From a virus, in IMG/VR virus record IMGVR_UViG_3300026189_000002, positions 49,063 through 113,062 of that record: a DNA stretch of 64,000 nucleotides. The stretch is one strand, 5' to 3'. The stretch's first letter is position 1, and every line of letters begins with the position of its first letter. Of the stretch, positions 1 to 11,400 are shown piece after piece. Below the pieces are notes generated by a model, which ran no database searches, had not been told where the DNA came from, and was given only the letters and a program-made list of their open reading frames with translations. The translations under genes and the position numbers were made by a program.

Positions 1-621
1 TCTGCTAGACTAATAAACTCAGAAAAAGGTTTAGACCAAAACATATTTGAATTTATTACTTTGCAGCCTCCTAGATATTATACGGCAAGTTATGAAGTGA
101 CTTTTTGGACTCAGTATACTACGCAAATGAATGACATGATGATGAGCATGATGTCGCTATATCAATCTTTTTCTCAAAGAACATTTAAGTTATCGACTGA
201 AAAAGGTTACTGGTTCGTTGCTTACGTTGGCGAAGAGTTTAGTCCAAGTAGCAACTTTGAAGAATTTACAGACGAAGAGAGATTAGTTAAACATTCTTTT
301 ACTATTAACGTGCCTGCTTATTTAGTAGGTTCTGTAGTGCCAGGTGGTCAAAAATTATTGAGAAAATCTTATTCCGCAACATCTTTAAGTTTTGGAATAG
401 AAACGGTTCATAAAGTTTCTTCTAAAAAAGCACCGGCCGGTATACAGTCTGGAAACGTTAATGATTATACTTTAGAAGATATAAGGACTACTGATGAACC
501 GCTTCCGGGCCAGTCTATAGCTGGTTCAGATTCAGACGCAGAGGTAGATACTAGAGGCCCGAATAAAGACACAACGAAAGAAGTGGAAATAGTTGCAGGC
601 ACTATTTCTAGAAATTCTTAA
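1..621 (+). CDS. Tail terminator / sheath-stabilizer protein (T4 gp15-like), 5'-truncated by window edge
   Basis: Frame is open from base 1; 'PPRYYTASYEVTFWTQYTTQMN' resembles the gp15/tail-completion P..Y(E/D)..(I/F)WT....N pattern; lies directly upstream of the sheath genes. Confidence 0.55.
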   Translation, partial: SARLINSEKGLDQNIFEFITLQPPRYYTASYEVTFWTQYTTQMNDMMMSMMSLYQSFSQRTFKLSTEKGYWFVAYVGEEFSPSSNFEEFTDEERLVKHSFTINVPAYLVGSVVPGGQKLLRKSYSATSLSFGIETVHKVSSKKAPAGIQSGNVNDYTLEDIRTTDEPLPGQSIAGSDSDAEVDTRGPNKDTTKEVEIVAGTISRNS

Positions 622-773
622 AAAGAGTTATATTTTTATTTGATATAACCGATTAAAGTTCCTGCTGAAAGATATTTAATATTAATGAGTGGATCCGTGC
701 ATAAGGTTCGTAGAATTTTTAACCTTTTGCTCAATACTTATTCAACGAAGATACACGCGCTCGAGGAGATATA

Positions 774-3700
774 ATGGCTGAGCAGACATTCAGATCACCG
801 GGATTTTTTGAAAGAGAACTTGATAGATCGGCACCGACTGTCACACCTAACAACGCTGTACCAGCGGGTATAATAGGAACTTCTGAGAAGGGTCCGGCCT
901 TCGTTCCAGTTACGGTTGGAAATAAAAACGATTTCAAAAATAAGTTTGGTAACAACAACATTTATAGATTTGGTCCATACGCGGCAGAAGCCATGTTTGG
1001 AAAAAACCAAAAGGCTATTACCTTTATCAGGGTTTTAGGTGCAGGTGCAAACGATAGTGTAACTGATATATCAAACACATTAACACAAGGAACAGTTAAA
1101 AACGCGGGCTTTGTTTTAAAAGGAAATGATGGCCACAGTGATGCCCATGTTCCTCCTAGAAGCAATTTAGGGGACCCGAACTCACCAACGCAGACGCTGG
1201 CTAACTTGGGCTCTAGAAAAATAGGTTCGATACAGTTCTTGACTGCTATACACAGCGTAAATGACGCAGAGCCCCAAGGATTTCCTATTTTTACAGATAA
1301 TAGAAGTACTCCTATGAATGCATCTGTACCTGACGGCGTCGCTGACGGAGATGTCTCACTTCTTCGTGCAGTATTAATGACTCCAAGCGGTTCTACATTT
1401 TTAGTCGGCGATCACGACGCAGCTACAGCAGACGACTACTTTGATACAGCTAGCACCGGTGACGTGAATCAGTTTAAGCTTCTTTTGACTTCTTCTTCCG
1501 GGGCTGGACTTGGATCTGATTTAAATGCAGGGTCTAGACTGTTTGATATATCTTTAGACCCTAACGCTGACAACTATATTTCTAGAGTATTAAACACGAA
1601 CCCTCTTAAGTTTCAAGAAGAGGAGCACTTACTTTACTTAGATTTTGCTGTAGAAAATGAAATTGCTCCAGTTAAAACCGGTGGTGGTGCAGCAAATAAT
1701 AGAAACGGGTCAACAGTAGCTTTGCTGATGGGTTCTAATAACAATACCGCAGCCGGCGGAATTAGCAATTCTCCATTTAGGGATCTCTTTGGAAGATATG
1801 ATACCAGATATCAAACGGCTAGAACATCCGCATTTATATCTCAGCCCTATGGATCCAAAGAATACGAGCTTTTTCATTTTGAAACAATAGACGACGGAGC
1901 ATCTGCATCAGATGAATTTAAGGTATCTATAGCAAACTTGAGAGCGTCTAACGATGAATCTAATCCTTATGGAACTTTTGAGGTTCAAATAAGGTCTTTT
2001 TCTGATTCAGACAAAGGACCAGAAATATTAGAGCGATATCCTTTTTGTAACTTAAATCCATCTTCAGACGACTTCGTCGCAAAAAAGATTGGAGACTATA
2101 AAGCAAGATATGACTTTGATCAAGCTGATCCTGATGAGCGTAGAATAGTAGTAACAGGAAGATATCCCAATATGTCTTCTAGAGTAAGAATTGTAATCAA
2201 CGAAGATGTATATAGTTCTGAAGTTCCAAGTAATGCTCTGCCTTTTGGCTTTAAAGGAATCCCGGTTTTAAGAACGTCGAATACTTTAACAGATAGGTCG
2301 GCTAATCCTTTACCAGGAGGAACAGCTGAAGCAGCAACAGCTAGACTCGCTGCTCCTTCATCAGGAATAGAAGCTGACGAGTCGCCGTTAGCACTTCAGC
2401 ACGCAGTAGTGCCACCTCTTCCGTTTACTTTTAAAGTAACTAGAGGCGAACTTTCACAAGCAGCAGGCGCTGCTTATTTATTCACTGGTATGCCCAGCGA
2501 TACAGAAAGAGTTGACAGTGCTTACTACTGGGGAGTTAAAACAACACGCCTCCCGCGCGCTGTAGACGTAGGTAGCGATGCAACTGCTGTTAGAAGATCG
2601 AATGAGAGTTCTATAATTAACCCGTTGGTTAGAGCATATACTAAATTTCAAGGAATAGAAAAGCTTGATGTTTTAGTAACAGGCTCTTCTAACGTAGACG
2701 ATTTTAATGATAATAAGTTTACATTGGCCAGAGTGGCTTTTTCACAAACTGGAACTGACTTAGGATCTATACAAACAGATTTTTCTGGTTCAGCTAGAGA
2801 GCACATGAAAGATGCTGCCTACATAAGAAACGGGGAACCTAACACAGTAACTTATACAGTAAACGACATAGACGCGAATGGACGACTTAACGGCGCTGTA
2901 GATAAGACAGACCGGTTTACGATGGCTAGCCTTTTAGCTACCAGTTCAATTATATTTAATAGATTTTCTTCTTACGCAAAATTTACTAACATATTCTACG
3001 GCGGTTTTGACGGCGTTAACATCCTGGATAGAGACCAGACGTTTTTTAGAGATAGAGCTCTATCTGCAGACTCTGACGGAAAAGCTAGAAAGGTAACTGG
3101 CGCTCCTGAAATAGTAGATAACGGCATAGCTGTTTCTAGTGCGACTGAAAATCCATTTGGATCAGGAAGAAAAAACAATTACGTCGCTTCTATTAATAGA
3201 GCGATCGATATCATGACTGACCCTACTGCTACTCGCGTTAATATACTCGCAATACCAGGAGTAAGAGAGCCCTTTGTTACTGATCACGCATTAGAAAAAA
3301 CAAAGCAATACGGCCAAGCACTATACGTCATGGATAGCATTCAGTACGATGAGCTAGGAAACAGGTTATACGACGACTCCGCCGCTCGCCCGGACGTAAG
3401 AGAGACATCAGAAAAATTTGAGGCTAGAGGACTAGACAATAATTACGGAGCTACTTATTTTCCAGACGTTTTTATAAGCGACCAAGATAACAACCAAGTC
3501 GTAAAAATGCCATCTAGTATCCCAGCTCTGGCTACTCTATCAAATACGGACGATTTAAGAGCACCGTGGTTTGCTCCTGCTGGTTTTGCTAGAGGGGCAT
3601 TAGATTTTGTTGTCAACGTAGACGTAAGATTATCTTCAGAAGACAGAGACGTCTTATACGACTCTAGAATCAACCCAATTGCGGTTTTTCCAAGAGCAGG

Positions 3701-4064
3701 CTTCGTAATTTTTGGTCAAAAAACTCTGCAGCAAGCTAAATCTGCTCTAGATAGAGTTAACGTCAGAAGATTAATGGTAGAAGTAAAAAGAAAGATTGTA
3801 GGAATTGCCCTAAATCTTCTTTTTGAGCCTAACAATGGAACCACGAGAGCAACATTTATTTCTGAAGCAGCGAGCGCTTTAGCAAATATACAACTCGGTG
3901 CAGGCATAGAGTCATTTAATATTGTTATGGATGATTCAAATAATTCACAGGAGGACATAGATTCAAACCGCCTAAACGGTAGAATCGAAGTTGTTCCTAC
4001 TCGTGCCGTAGAGTTTATAGCAATCGACTTTGTTATAACAAATAGCGGCGTAGAGTTTAATTAA
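774..4064 (+). CDS. Contractile tail sheath protein 1 (1096 aa)
   Basis: N-term 'FRSPGFFERELD..IIGTSEKGPAFVPV'; C-term 'PWFAPAGFARG', 'RINPI', 'IFGQKTLQ', 'LDRVNVRRL', 'PTRAVEFIAIDF'; GAGGAG SD. Confidence 0.93.
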   Translation: MAEQTFRSPGFFERELDRSAPTVTPNNAVPAGIIGTSEKGPAFVPVTVGNKNDFKNKFGNNNIYRFGPYAAEAMFGKNQKAITFIRVLGAGANDSVTDISNTLTQGTVKNAGFVLKGNDGHSDAHVPPRSNLGDPNSPTQTLANLGSRKIGSIQFLTAIHSVNDAEPQGFPIFTDNRSTPMNASVPDGVADGDVSLLRAVLMTPSGSTFLVGDHDAATADDYFDTASTGDVNQFKLLLTSSSGAGLGSDLNAGSRLFDISLDPNADNYISRVLNTNPLKFQEEEHLLYLDFAVENEIAPVKTGGGAANNRNGSTVALLMGSNNNTAAGGISNSPFRDLFGRYDTRYQTARTSAFISQPYGSKEYELFHFETIDDGASASDEFKVSIANLRASNDESNPYGTFEVQIRSFSDSDKGPEILERYPFCNLNPSSDDFVAKKIGDYKARYDFDQADPDERRIVVTGRYPNMSSRVRIVINEDVYSSEVPSNALPFGFKGIPVLRTSNTLTDRSANPLPGGTAEAATARLAAPSSGIEADESPLALQHAVVPPLPFTFKVTRGELSQAAGAAYLFTGMPSDTERVDSAYYWGVKTTRLPRAVDVGSDATAVRRSNESSIINPLVRAYTKFQGIEKLDVLVTGSSNVDDFNDNKFTLARVAFSQTGTDLGSIQTDFSGSAREHMKDAAYIRNGEPNTVTYTVNDIDANGRLNGAVDKTDRFTMASLLATSSIIFNRFSSYAKFTNIFYGGFDGVNILDRDQTFFRDRALSADSDGKARKVTGAPEIVDNGIAVSSATENPFGSGRKNNYVASINRAIDIMTDPTATRVNILAIPGVREPFVTDHALEKTKQYGQALYVMDSIQYDELGNRLYDDSAARPDVRETSEKFEARGLDNNYGATYFPDVFISDQDNNQVVKMPSSIPALATLSNTDDLRAPWFAPAGFARGALDFVVNVDVRLSSEDRDVLYDSRINPIAVFPRAGFVIFGQKTLQQAKSALDRVNVRRLMVEVKRKIVGIALNLLFEPNNGTTRATFISEAASALANIQLGAGIESFNIVMDDSNNSQEDIDSNRLNGRIEVVPTRAVEFIAIDFVITNSGVEFN

Positions 4065-4102
4065 AATAGTATTTAAGGAATGAGGATTTTAGGAGACACT
4101 AA

Positions 4103-7100
4103 ATGGCAGAGTTAACATTCAAGAGTCCAGGAGTAAGCACAAGAGAGATAGACCATTCGGGTCCTACTCCACAATCACCCACGGGTGTACCGGCCGGAAT
4201 TATAGGCCCCTCAGTTAGAGGGCCTGCATTTGTTCCAGTCACTGTCGCAACATTTCAGGACTTTGTTAACAAGTTCGGTAACGCTGATGGTAAAAAGTTT
4301 GGTCCTATAGCCATGAATGAGTGGTTAAACAATGCTGGATCAGGAACTTATGTTAGAGTCTTAGGCGTTGGAGATGGAAAAAAGAGAAACGCTGATGGAA
4401 CTGTAACAAACGCAGGCTTTGTTGTTGGATCTGATAAGCCGCAAGAAAACGGTTTGATAGGAAACAACGAGTATGCAGAAAGCGGAAGCGTTCCAGCAGT
4501 TACAGCTAAAGCCCACCTAGAAACAGCTGGAGTTGCTAGTGCTGAAGTAGACATAGACGTTGGTAATGCAGACAACGCCCGCTCAACTTTAACACTAGAG
4601 GATACAGAAGGCAATTCTTCTGAGTTTATGTTTGTTAATTCTGAGTCTCCTCGGGTTGTATTAACTTCCGGTACAGCAATTCAGGCCGACGACCCTATAG
4701 ACGCTCTCGCCGGCGAGAATCCCGCAGCCGGGGATACAGCTCAAGCGAATGATGCAGGCCGTATTGCAATAGCTCCTATAGGAACAGGGGGATCTGCACC
4801 AACCGCATCTATAAGACTAAAGCAAAGCGATCCCGCAAGTTTAGACGCACTGGCGGTTGACGACGGATCTTCTTTCGACATTGATATACCAGCTGCTGCT
4901 CCAAGCTCGGTCTCTGGAACGCTTACTATTAAGTTTGTAGCTGAAGCCAGCGTTACTTTAGACCAAGCAACCGATGGCGAGTTGAATACAGTTATAATAG
5001 TAACAGACAAGGATGACGGAGCCGACGGCTCGGAAGAAAACGCATTAAGATTAATCAAAGCAATTTTAGAAGGAACTGACATTACCACGGTGCAGCGCGA
5101 AGATGGCGTTACTAATTTCGATAATGCTTCAGTTCTTTACGCTTCTACAGGCGCTGTCGGTAGATTAGGACAAAACGATTACGGCCTAAGCGCTACGATA
5201 ACAAGCCAAGTGCCTAACGGGGCCGGCGATGCAGTCGAGACTGGTGCTTCTATTGCAATTGCTTCTGTAGTAACCAGTACTTTGGCTCATAGAATAAGCA
5301 TACAGACTGCGAATAACGACGCTGTACTGTCTATGGGGCCTGATGCTGCTGGATTACAAGCAGTAGAAGCCGCTGAAGCGACCACTCAAAACCTGGTTGG
5401 CGCTGTTATTACAAACGCAAACTTGCTAAGCGCAATAAAAGATGCTGTAAACGCTCAAGCCGGATTAAATATTACAGCCGGAAATGTAGACGGTAATGTC
5501 CTTCAGTTAGATCAAGACACTGCAGGCGACACTACAACTGCAATCGGTCAGACTGGGACTTTCGATGGAGACGATACTTTGATTGTTGCCGGCGGAACAA
5601 AAGCTGCACCTGCAGAAAATGCAGCAAATCGATTTGGCGGTGGCGACGACGGAGTAGCTGCTGCAGATTTATACGCCGGAAGAACATACGTTTTAGGCGC
5701 ATTTATGGTAGACGCCAACAGCAGCGGTCTGCTAGCTGACGCTGGAATTACCAATAACGCCGGCGGAGGTGCCCCTGTAGCTCGTGGTATTTTAATGTGC
5801 CCAGCAGGCGTTATACCTTCAATAAAGTCTGTTAGAAATTCAAATACGACCCCACAAGGAGTTCACACACAGGATTTAACAGCAGCCAATAGAAATCCAA
5901 CCAATCACGATTCTCCTGGGTCTTACCCTAGGTTTGGACCTAACTTTATGGCAGGAAATGAAGTAGGGGATTTAAATGATGATCTAACTACTTTTGACCT
6001 TTACCTTAACGGACTAAAGATTACGGGCAACGAATATATTAACAGCCGCACTTTAAAAATCTCCTTTGATCCAGATCAGCCCTCTTATTTTGTTAACAAA
6101 TTAAATACTGATCCAAGCAAGATCGAAGAGATGGGCCACTATCTCTATATGCACTTTGATATAAGCAAGCAATTTGCAACAATTGAAAACAGCGACGGCG
6201 TCAATGCAAATGACGACAATTCTGGAAGGCATGCCGTTTTCTGTTTACCTACTCAACAGCTTAGGGATACAAGCGTACCAAGCGCTAACGACCTTATCGG
6301 TGTTCCTAACCTGGAGTCTTTTGAGGATAGATATTCAACTGCAGTTTCACCTTTTGTTATATCTCAAAAGTTCGGTGGAAGAAATAGAGACCTGTTTAGG
6401 TTCCACGCTTTAGATGATGGCGCTGTTGGGGCTGGAGCTTATAAGATAACCATAGAAAATATAACATCCTCCAGATCGGGCGCTAATCCTTTTGGAAAAT
6501 TTGACGTATTGGTAAGAAAGTTTGACGATACGGATAAAACCCCGTTTGTTTTAGAAGCTTATAGGGGCGTCAATATCGACCCTTCATCGGATCGTTATAT
6601 AGCAAAAGTCATAGGCGATACTCACGCCTATTACGATTTTGATAAGAGTGCCGCAAGTCAAAAACTAGTTATATCGGGAAGATATGATAACAACTCTTCT
6701 TATGTACGCGTAGAAGTTTCTGACGATTTACTAAACAACAACATAGATAATACGGCTTTACCATTTGGGTTTCGAGGGTTAAACCACATGGTTTTTGACG
6801 GAACTGCTAAAGTAAATGCAAACGCAGGCGGAAATACCGGCTGTTCATCTATATTGGATCACGGTGATTGCGACACCGGTATCAAAGTAGACTTTCAGAC
6901 TGTAAAGATGCCTCCTGTGCCTATGAGAGAAAGATTGTCGGTTGGAACAGGCGTAAAGAAATCACTGGATTCTGATTTAACGTGGGGAGTTCAGTTTGAA
7001 GTTAAACCTAATCCTGCCGAGCCTAATGCTGGAAAGAAGATAGATGCATCTATACTTTCTCACGTAAGATTTATGCCATCTTTTGATACAACGGGATTAA

Positions 7101-8389
7101 AGTCTTCTGTAGGAAATAACGCTGGAGTCGCAGACATAGCAGGGGCTATATTGGATTCCGATCGTTATAACAACAATAAATTCTCTTTAGAAAATATAGC
7201 TGTTATACTCTCAGGGGATAAACCTGACAAAGAGCTTTGGGCTTATAGCAGATATATTAGAAACGGCGTTAACCCAGGAACTCTAGACGATGATGAGGGC
7301 GTTGCTCAAGTAGCTAGGTTAATAATCCCTTCGGATCTAGAAAACAATGCTGTTACAAAATACATGAAGTTTACACTACCTTTGACTGGTGGATTTGACG
7401 GAACAGATAAATTTGTTAAGTCTAAGGTTGAATTTACTAATGAAGCTGTTCACAACGAATCTTCAGATCCTAATGAAAATTCTGTAAGCTCTGCCACTAT
7501 AGCCTCTTATAGAAAAGCAATTGACGTTATGGAAGAAAGAGCGGATGTTGATATTCAGTTGCTTTCTGTTCCTGGAATAAGGAATCCAAAGGTAACAGAT
7601 TACGCAATGGAATCTGTAGAAAGACGATTCGACGCGCTGTATATTATGGATATAGAAGAAAGAGACGCGCAAAATAATGTTATTCTTTCTGATGCGCCTG
7701 TTTCTGTTTCAAACACGGTTGCTGGATTTTTAAATAGAGATATCGACAGCTCTTTTGCTGCCGCGTATGCTCCGGATGTTATTATAAAAGATCCAGGAAC
7801 CGGCACAAACGTAAAATGTCCCCCGTCCGTTGCAGTACTGGGAGCTATCAGCTTAAACGATACCATAAAACATCCTTGGTTTGCGCCTGCTGGATTTAAC
7901 AGGGCGTCTTTACCTTCTACAGTTGAAGTAAATACTAGGCTCAACAGATCAAATTTAGATGATCTATATGATGCAAAAATAAACCCAATAACTAAGTTCC
8001 CTGCAGCTGCTGGTACAACTCAGGCTAACCCTGTTATATGGGGCCAAAAGACTCTTCTTGCAGCTCCGTCTGCTTTAGATAGAATAAATGTAAGAAGGCT
8101 TTTAATAAATGTAAGAAGAAAAGTCAGGGCTGAAGCAAACAAAATATTGTTTGAACCAAATAGAGAAAGTACACTAGCACAGTTTAGCGCTGCGGTTAAT
8201 CCGATATTAGCTGATATACAAGCTAATCAGGGTGTCGATAGATTTAAGGTCGTTATTGATACTTCAACGACAACTCAAGCGGATGTAGAGAATAATACCA
8301 TTAGGGGCAAAATATTCTTGCAGCCGACTAGATCGCTAGAATTTGTTAGTTTAGACTTTGTTGTTAAAAATGCAGGCGCTGACATTTAA
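4103..8389 (+). CDS. Contractile tail sheath protein 2 (1428 aa) with large acidic Ala/Gly-rich insertion
   Basis: 'FKSPGVSTREID..GPAFVPV', 'PWFAPAGFNR', 'IWGQKTL', 'LDRINVRRL', 'PTRSLEFVSLDF'; AGGAG SD. Confidence 0.93.
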   Translation: MAELTFKSPGVSTREIDHSGPTPQSPTGVPAGIIGPSVRGPAFVPVTVATFQDFVNKFGNADGKKFGPIAMNEWLNNAGSGTYVRVLGVGDGKKRNADGTVTNAGFVVGSDKPQENGLIGNNEYAESGSVPAVTAKAHLETAGVASAEVDIDVGNADNARSTLTLEDTEGNSSEFMFVNSESPRVVLTSGTAIQADDPIDALAGENPAAGDTAQANDAGRIAIAPIGTGGSAPTASIRLKQSDPASLDALAVDDGSSFDIDIPAAAPSSVSGTLTIKFVAEASVTLDQATDGELNTVIIVTDKDDGADGSEENALRLIKAILEGTDITTVQREDGVTNFDNASVLYASTGAVGRLGQNDYGLSATITSQVPNGAGDAVETGASIAIASVVTSTLAHRISIQTANNDAVLSMGPDAAGLQAVEAAEATTQNLVGAVITNANLLSAIKDAVNAQAGLNITAGNVDGNVLQLDQDTAGDTTTAIGQTGTFDGDDTLIVAGGTKAAPAENAANRFGGGDDGVAAADLYAGRTYVLGAFMVDANSSGLLADAGITNNAGGGAPVARGILMCPAGVIPSIKSVRNSNTTPQGVHTQDLTAANRNPTNHDSPGSYPRFGPNFMAGNEVGDLNDDLTTFDLYLNGLKITGNEYINSRTLKISFDPDQPSYFVNKLNTDPSKIEEMGHYLYMHFDISKQFATIENSDGVNANDDNSGRHAVFCLPTQQLRDTSVPSANDLIGVPNLESFEDRYSTAVSPFVISQKFGGRNRDLFRFHALDDGAVGAGAYKITIENITSSRSGANPFGKFDVLVRKFDDTDKTPFVLEAYRGVNIDPSSDRYIAKVIGDTHAYYDFDKSAASQKLVISGRYDNNSSYVRVEVSDDLLNNNIDNTALPFGFRGLNHMVFDGTAKVNANAGGNTGCSSILDHGDCDTGIKVDFQTVKMPPVPMRERLSVGTGVKKSLDSDLTWGVQFEVKPNPAEPNAGKKIDASILSHVRFMPSFDTTGLKSSVGNNAGVADIAGAILDSDRYNNNKFSLENIAVILSGDKPDKELWAYSRYIRNGVNPGTLDDDEGVAQVARLIIPSDLENNAVTKYMKFTLPLTGGFDGTDKFVKSKVEFTNEAVHNESSDPNENSVSSATIASYRKAIDVMEERADVDIQLLSVPGIRNPKVTDYAMESVERRFDALYIMDIEERDAQNNVILSDAPVSVSNTVAGFLNRDIDSSFAAAYAPDVIIKDPGTGTNVKCPPSVAVLGAISLNDTIKHPWFAPAGFNRASLPSTVEVNTRLNRSNLDDLYDAKINPITKFPAAAGTTQANPVIWGQKTLLAAPSALDRINVRRLLINVRRKVRAEANKILFEPNRESTLAQFSAAVNPILADIQANQGVDRFKVVIDTSTTTQADVENNTIRGKIFLQPTRSLEFVSLDFVVKNAGADI

Positions 8390-8407
8390 TAGTTAAAAGG
8401 GTTATCT

Positions 8408-11400
8408 ATGTCAGAGTTCCCGCTAAAACACTCGGGAGTAACAGCCCGCTTTACAACAGGCAGTGTAAATACAGGTTCGTCTAACGTAATCACCGGTATT
8501 CCGTACTGTTTGATTGGCACTTCTGTATCCGGCCCTGCTTTTGTTCCGCTTTCTTTTGGAAATAAAGAAAAATTTAGCCAGATTCACGGAGATTTAGTTT
8601 CCGACCACTTGGCTCAAGTTACTACTGACGAGCTGTTAAATCTAGAACAAGATGTGACTTTTGTTAGAATATTAGGCACCGGTGACGGCAAACCTAGAAA
8701 CTTAGATGGAACAGTAACCAACGCTGGATTTATTGTAGGCGAAAATCAAATTCAAAACAACGTAGTAATAGATACTAGGCCTACAATTAACAATAATCAA
8801 CAGATGGATGAAATAGTAGAAACAAATACTCTGCTAGAAAGATCTTTAGGCAATAATAAATTTTCTCATTCTCCAATAAACACTGCTGAGGCATCAAATT
8901 CTCACGGTAGAACTTATATATTAGGCTGTTTTTTAAAGCCTTATATAATAAGCAGGGTCGCCGGTGGTGGCTTGTTTGATCTTCCTGATAATAGCAAAAT
9001 AAATACTTTTACCAGGTCTGGAATAGACATGAGTAAAAAGTCTGCTCCTATAATCAGAGCAGTCATAATGGCGGCATCAGGTGTTTCACTTTCAGTATCA
9101 TCTTCTATTGAAAATACTCATAACGAACCAATAGATCAAGGGGTTACTGGGATATTTGGAATAGGTAAAGACGCAGGCCATCAAATTGGCAATGTAGATA
9201 AAGGCCCGGGTGGTGCTCTTCAAGAATTTTGTTTGTTTCAAAATGGGCATAAAGATGCTTCAAAAAGAAAATTAAATCTCAGCTTTGATAAAACAAATGA
9301 TAGATTTTTTGCCTCTATATTGAATAGAGATCCAGATAGGCTTGAAGAAGAAGGCCACTATCTTTATACTAGCTATGATGACGTATATTTTTCTGATGCA
9401 GTCGTCGACAATGCTTACACAAATGCTACTCCTAAAGCACCGGAGGTTCAAGGAGATCAAGAGCTGCAGGGGATTGAAGATGGAGAATATTCGGTTTTTT
9501 GTCTAAGAACAAATTCTGGAATTGGAGCGCAGGCTCAACAAAAAGTATTAATTGCTCATGACGACGGCTTAAATGGAGAAACTATAATCATTACTATCCC
9601 TGCTAATATTCACGGTCAGGGAATACCCGCTCAAGCTACGCCAATAACTATTAAAATAAAAACTGTAGAAGCAGTAATTGAAGATTTAGATGGGCTAACA
9701 AATACTATCGTGGTCTCTATTGCAGGTTTGCAAGGCGTAGCCCTTGCAAGAATAGAAATAGCACAGAGAATCAAAGAAGTCTTAAACAGAAAACTAGATG
9801 ATCAAGGAAATCCAGATTTTCTTCACCATGTTCATAATTTGCCGGCAGAACTAACTTCTAGTGAATCCCTAATAAAAGGCATAATAGCAGAACACGATCC
9901 TGCGGTAGACACAGTTAATTTAATACTAAAGGCATTAGGCAACGGAATATACGGAAACTCTATTTTAATAGAAACTTCTGATGAATCAAAGATAGCCGCT
10001 CAAGGATCCACTTTTGAGGGCGGCATAGATAATCAGCCAGGATCTTCCGGAACAACTTCCACAGAAGACTATTTGGGTATTCCTAATTTTGAAAAATTTA
10101 GAAATAGATATACTCATCCTAAAACCCCGTTTTTTGTTTCCCAGACAGTTAATGGAAGAGTATACGATCTTTTTAGGTTACACGCCGTATCAGATGGAGA
10201 GCATAAGGAGCCAATAGTTGCAACTATAAAACAAATAAGCCCTTCGGCTTCTTCATTTCAGAACAGAATAGAAAATACTTCAGACCGTCAAGTTAATGTA
10301 GATTTATATGGAACGTTTTCTTTAGAGATATCTGGGTCGATTATAGGCGATCCTATACTGGCAGATAACTTAAGTTTAGACCCTAGTAGTCCGGACTTTA
10401 TCTCTAGAAGAATAGGCGACGTGCACTTGTATCACAACCTTGATTCTTCTGAAAAAACTGTAGTAGCTGGAAAATATCCAGCTTTCTCTAATGATCCTCA
10501 GACTTTTGGAAAAATAAGAGTAGAAGTAAACCCGGCAATCGAAAGAAAAGAAATACCACCAGAGTGTTTACCCTTCGGCTTCAGAGGAATGCCGCACTTA
10601 GCAACGGCAGGAAATACAGATGCTAATTCAAACGGCATTTTTTATTTGCAAGATGATTGCCCTGCGGTCATTAAAAATATGCTAAATTCAGTAACAGAAC
10701 CTCCTTTCCCATTAAGAGACAGAATTTGGGTAGATTTAAACTCTGAACCATCTGTAACAAACGTTAGTTGGGGAGCAGCAACTCAAGTATTAGGTACAAA
10801 CAAAAACTTGTTTAACAACATGTCTTTTACAAGATATTTTCCAGATTTTAATACTAACATTCAAAATCCATGGATTGTTGATAATACTAGCAAAACAATT
10901 CTCGGTGGCAAAGAAATTAATAACGACAAATTTAATAATAATGGATTTTCTTTAGAGAAAATATTAGTTCCTTGCAATGCAGATGAAGACGGCGTAAAGT
11001 CTATATTAGGCACATTTACAGACGGTGATATTACTAACCCCAGGGATCTTCCAGGATACTTTTGGAAAGCGGCCAGGTATATTAGGGATGGTATAGACGA
11101 CGGCGGTATTCTTCTCAACTATCCAAATAAAGACGACACGCGATTTAATTTAAGTGCCGGTAATTCTACAAAGTTTCTAGAATTAAAAGACTTATTAAAC
11201 ACCGGTGTCCAAACATTGGCAAAATTTTCTTGTTTGTTTTATGGCGGATTTGACGGATTAAATATTTTTGACAAGCAAAAAAGAAATATGACAAATTTGG
11301 CTCTGTATGATGAGCAGTCAGAGTTAAGCCATAATAAACACTTAGGCGGTCCAACTTTTAATGCGTATAGAACTGCTTTAGATATAGTAAAAGACAAGTC

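Noticed and set aside
626-732. Short inverted repeats in the leader upstream of sheath 1 as an ncRNA
   Set aside because: Only 6-7 bp stems in AT-rich DNA; no recognisable RNA family
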